The translations under genes and the position numbers were made by a program. This document shows, one piece after another, positions 61,966 through 64,000 of a DNA stretch of 64,000 bases (within the stretch, counting starts at the first letter, position 1; every line of letters starts with the position of its first letter). Origin of the DNA: Hydrolagus colliei (taxonomy: Eukaryota); the NCBI GenBank assembly GCA_035084275.1, contig CM068743.1, positions 122,698,001 to 122,762,000 of the forward strand, read 5' to 3'. The notes beneath the pieces are model-generated. The model searched no databases and had not been told where the DNA came from. It worked only from the letters and a program-made list of their open reading frames with translations.

Positions 61966-62333
61966 TAAACGATTAATCATGATGTATACATGATTACTTG
62001 GCAATACCTTAGTGCATAGTTCAATATGGCAGCTGGTGATAAGTGTGGACAGAGTAGTTTACTGATTTGATGAAATAGGCTTTTAGTTGGATGCAATATG
62101 ATATAATCCTTTTGAGAATAATAATCCTTGGATTTGATATAGCACTTTTCAAGTCGTCGAGATGTCTCAAACAAATATTATACAGCATTACAGATTCCTA
62201 CTCACTCACTCCATCTCCAGGCGTTCAGTAATAAGCATTACAGGCACTCCACTCAGCCTCACTCCCCTCAAACTGAGCCTTACTCCACTTATTCTCACTC
62301 CGCTCATTTCTGAACGTGACACTCGTGAGTCGT

Positions 62334-62605
62334 AGGGGTCCAGTAGCTCGGTTGTTAAAGCATACCCCTGGCAAGTGAGAGATCTGGGTTTGATCACTGG
62401 CAGGGTGAAACATAGGGCAAATTATCTTAACACTTGAATCCACGACTGTTTGTGGGATGCTGCTGTGCAGAATTGGCTGCTGCGTTTCACCCACGTAATA
62501 TACAGCCAATTCACTTTACAGTATATTCTGTGAAGCGCTTTGAGACGTCTAGAAGACATGAGAAGCACTATATCAAATGCAAGTCAATTTATTTATTTAT
62601 TTATT
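62334..62605 (+). mobile_element. tRNA/Deu SINE with internal deletion
   Basis: Head gtccagtagctcggttgttaaagca; Deu core; tail followed by (ttta)n. Confidence 0.85.
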
Positions 62606-64000
62606 TACCAATAAAATTAATACAAGTATGTGTGTTTGTGTTTCCAGCTAGTAGAATTTTTAAGTTAAAGTTAAAACAATGTGCTAATCTTCATGGCCAA
62701 CACAAACCCATCTCAAGCCTTGCTAAGTGAATATTAGAAGCAGAAACCTGGGAAAAGTTGACACTACCTGGTCTTCAGATGTTTCTTGTTATTTGAAACA
62801 CTTTCAAATCATACTCATCTAATCCACCTCATCTGTGCAGAGATTGTTGTTTTGCATGGAACTTTTGTACCTCAACAAGAATTGATCTCTTACCAGATAA
62901 ATACAAATGGATTCAATTATTCTGAGAAGTGAACCATTTTCATATAAATAATGTAATCGAGGGCCCTTTCATCTAATCCCACAGTTTCCAAGAATAAGTC
63001 CTGATCAGCAGTCTATCAGCCTTCTATTTTTTTTGGAGGGGGAGGGGTTGGAGGTGGAACTTTGTAAACTTTTATTGCAGATTCAATGTGTTAATTATCA
63101 TCGTTCAGCTGCAATGTCGTTGCCCTCTAAAACACTCCAGATTCCCAAACCTCTTTGATTTGCATTCTTTTCCTCTACCTTCAAAACCTTCTTTAAAATA
63201 TATCTGTCTGGCAGTACGTTTTTTTGGCCAATGACCTTACTTTTCCTTTCTTCCTACTCGCTTGGGATTCTCTATCAGACCCCTTCAGCATTCTGAGATT
63301 TCATCCCATGGGAAAGACACTATATAAATACCAGTTGTTGCTGTAGGCTGCAATCTCTGAGCCATTGTCCTAGACAGGAGAATCTGTTTGCTGTGGTTTA
63401 AGGACAATTCACTGAAAGTTGCTTGAAGAGCAATCACCACAGATATTTGCTTCATTAAAATGAGAGTGAGATAATGGTTGGATGCTACTACAGGCTGCAA
63501 ATGGTTAAACGTTTTATTTATGATGTATTGCAGTAATTTTTAATTTAGACATGCAAATTTTTTAATTTACACTGACTGTGTTGCTTTAATGGTTTTGATT
63601 AATATTGGGGCATAGTGTTTGTGAAAGAGATTTATTCTGTGATTCATCTGCAACATAATCCAATCATTACAAGCTAATGACAAAGCTATGAAAAACGATA
63701 TAGATATAACTTAACTTCTTGGTATTACAAGAATCATATCAATGACGGATTCTGGTGGTGCGTTTGAACTTGTGTGTTAATAACCCGTACATTTTCTACT
63801 GAAATCTGCATGCACAATCATTTGGGTAAATACTTACCAGCTCAGATGATGTCCTGTGGTTATAAATTAGACTTAGGTATTAAACTAGGATATTTACTGA
63901 AATATACCCTGACATCATTTCTTGTTTTCTCTCTTCACTCTTTCACTATAGTATTTCAGTTCTTGGTTCCCTCTCCCATATACCAATTCTACCATTTTAT

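Noticed and set aside
264-63500. The many 60-160 aa ORFs as host genes
   Set aside because: They overlap SINE/LINE sequence (often antisense or shadow frames) or are low-complexity; no recognisable host domain

Overview
Repeat-dominated vertebrate genomic DNA (AT-rich, intron or gene-desert character). I recognise no host protein-coding exon; every long ORF in the track is LINE-derived or a shadow frame of one. The repeat mix points to a cartilaginous fish, possibly a chimaera (inference). It comprises young L2 LINEs with (TTG)n tails in two families (called A and B here), tRNA-headed Deu-domain SINEs with L2-type (TTA)n tails, older SacSINE1-like DeuSINEs, CR1 remnants and Penelope ends. Less obvious content: a decayed hammerhead ribozyme in a Penelope end; a frameshifted Harbinger/PIF transposase fossil missing from the ORF track; TcMar MITEs including a SINE>MITE>L2 triple nest; a 518-aa L2-in-L2 fusion ORF; a ~0.55 kb or longer ancient foldback; several perfect templated hairpins at repeat junctions; a shared ~0.8 kb 5' truncation point in L2-A copies; and speculative minus-strand micro-exons. 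Repeat boundaries were read by eye and are approximate (about +/-20 bp).
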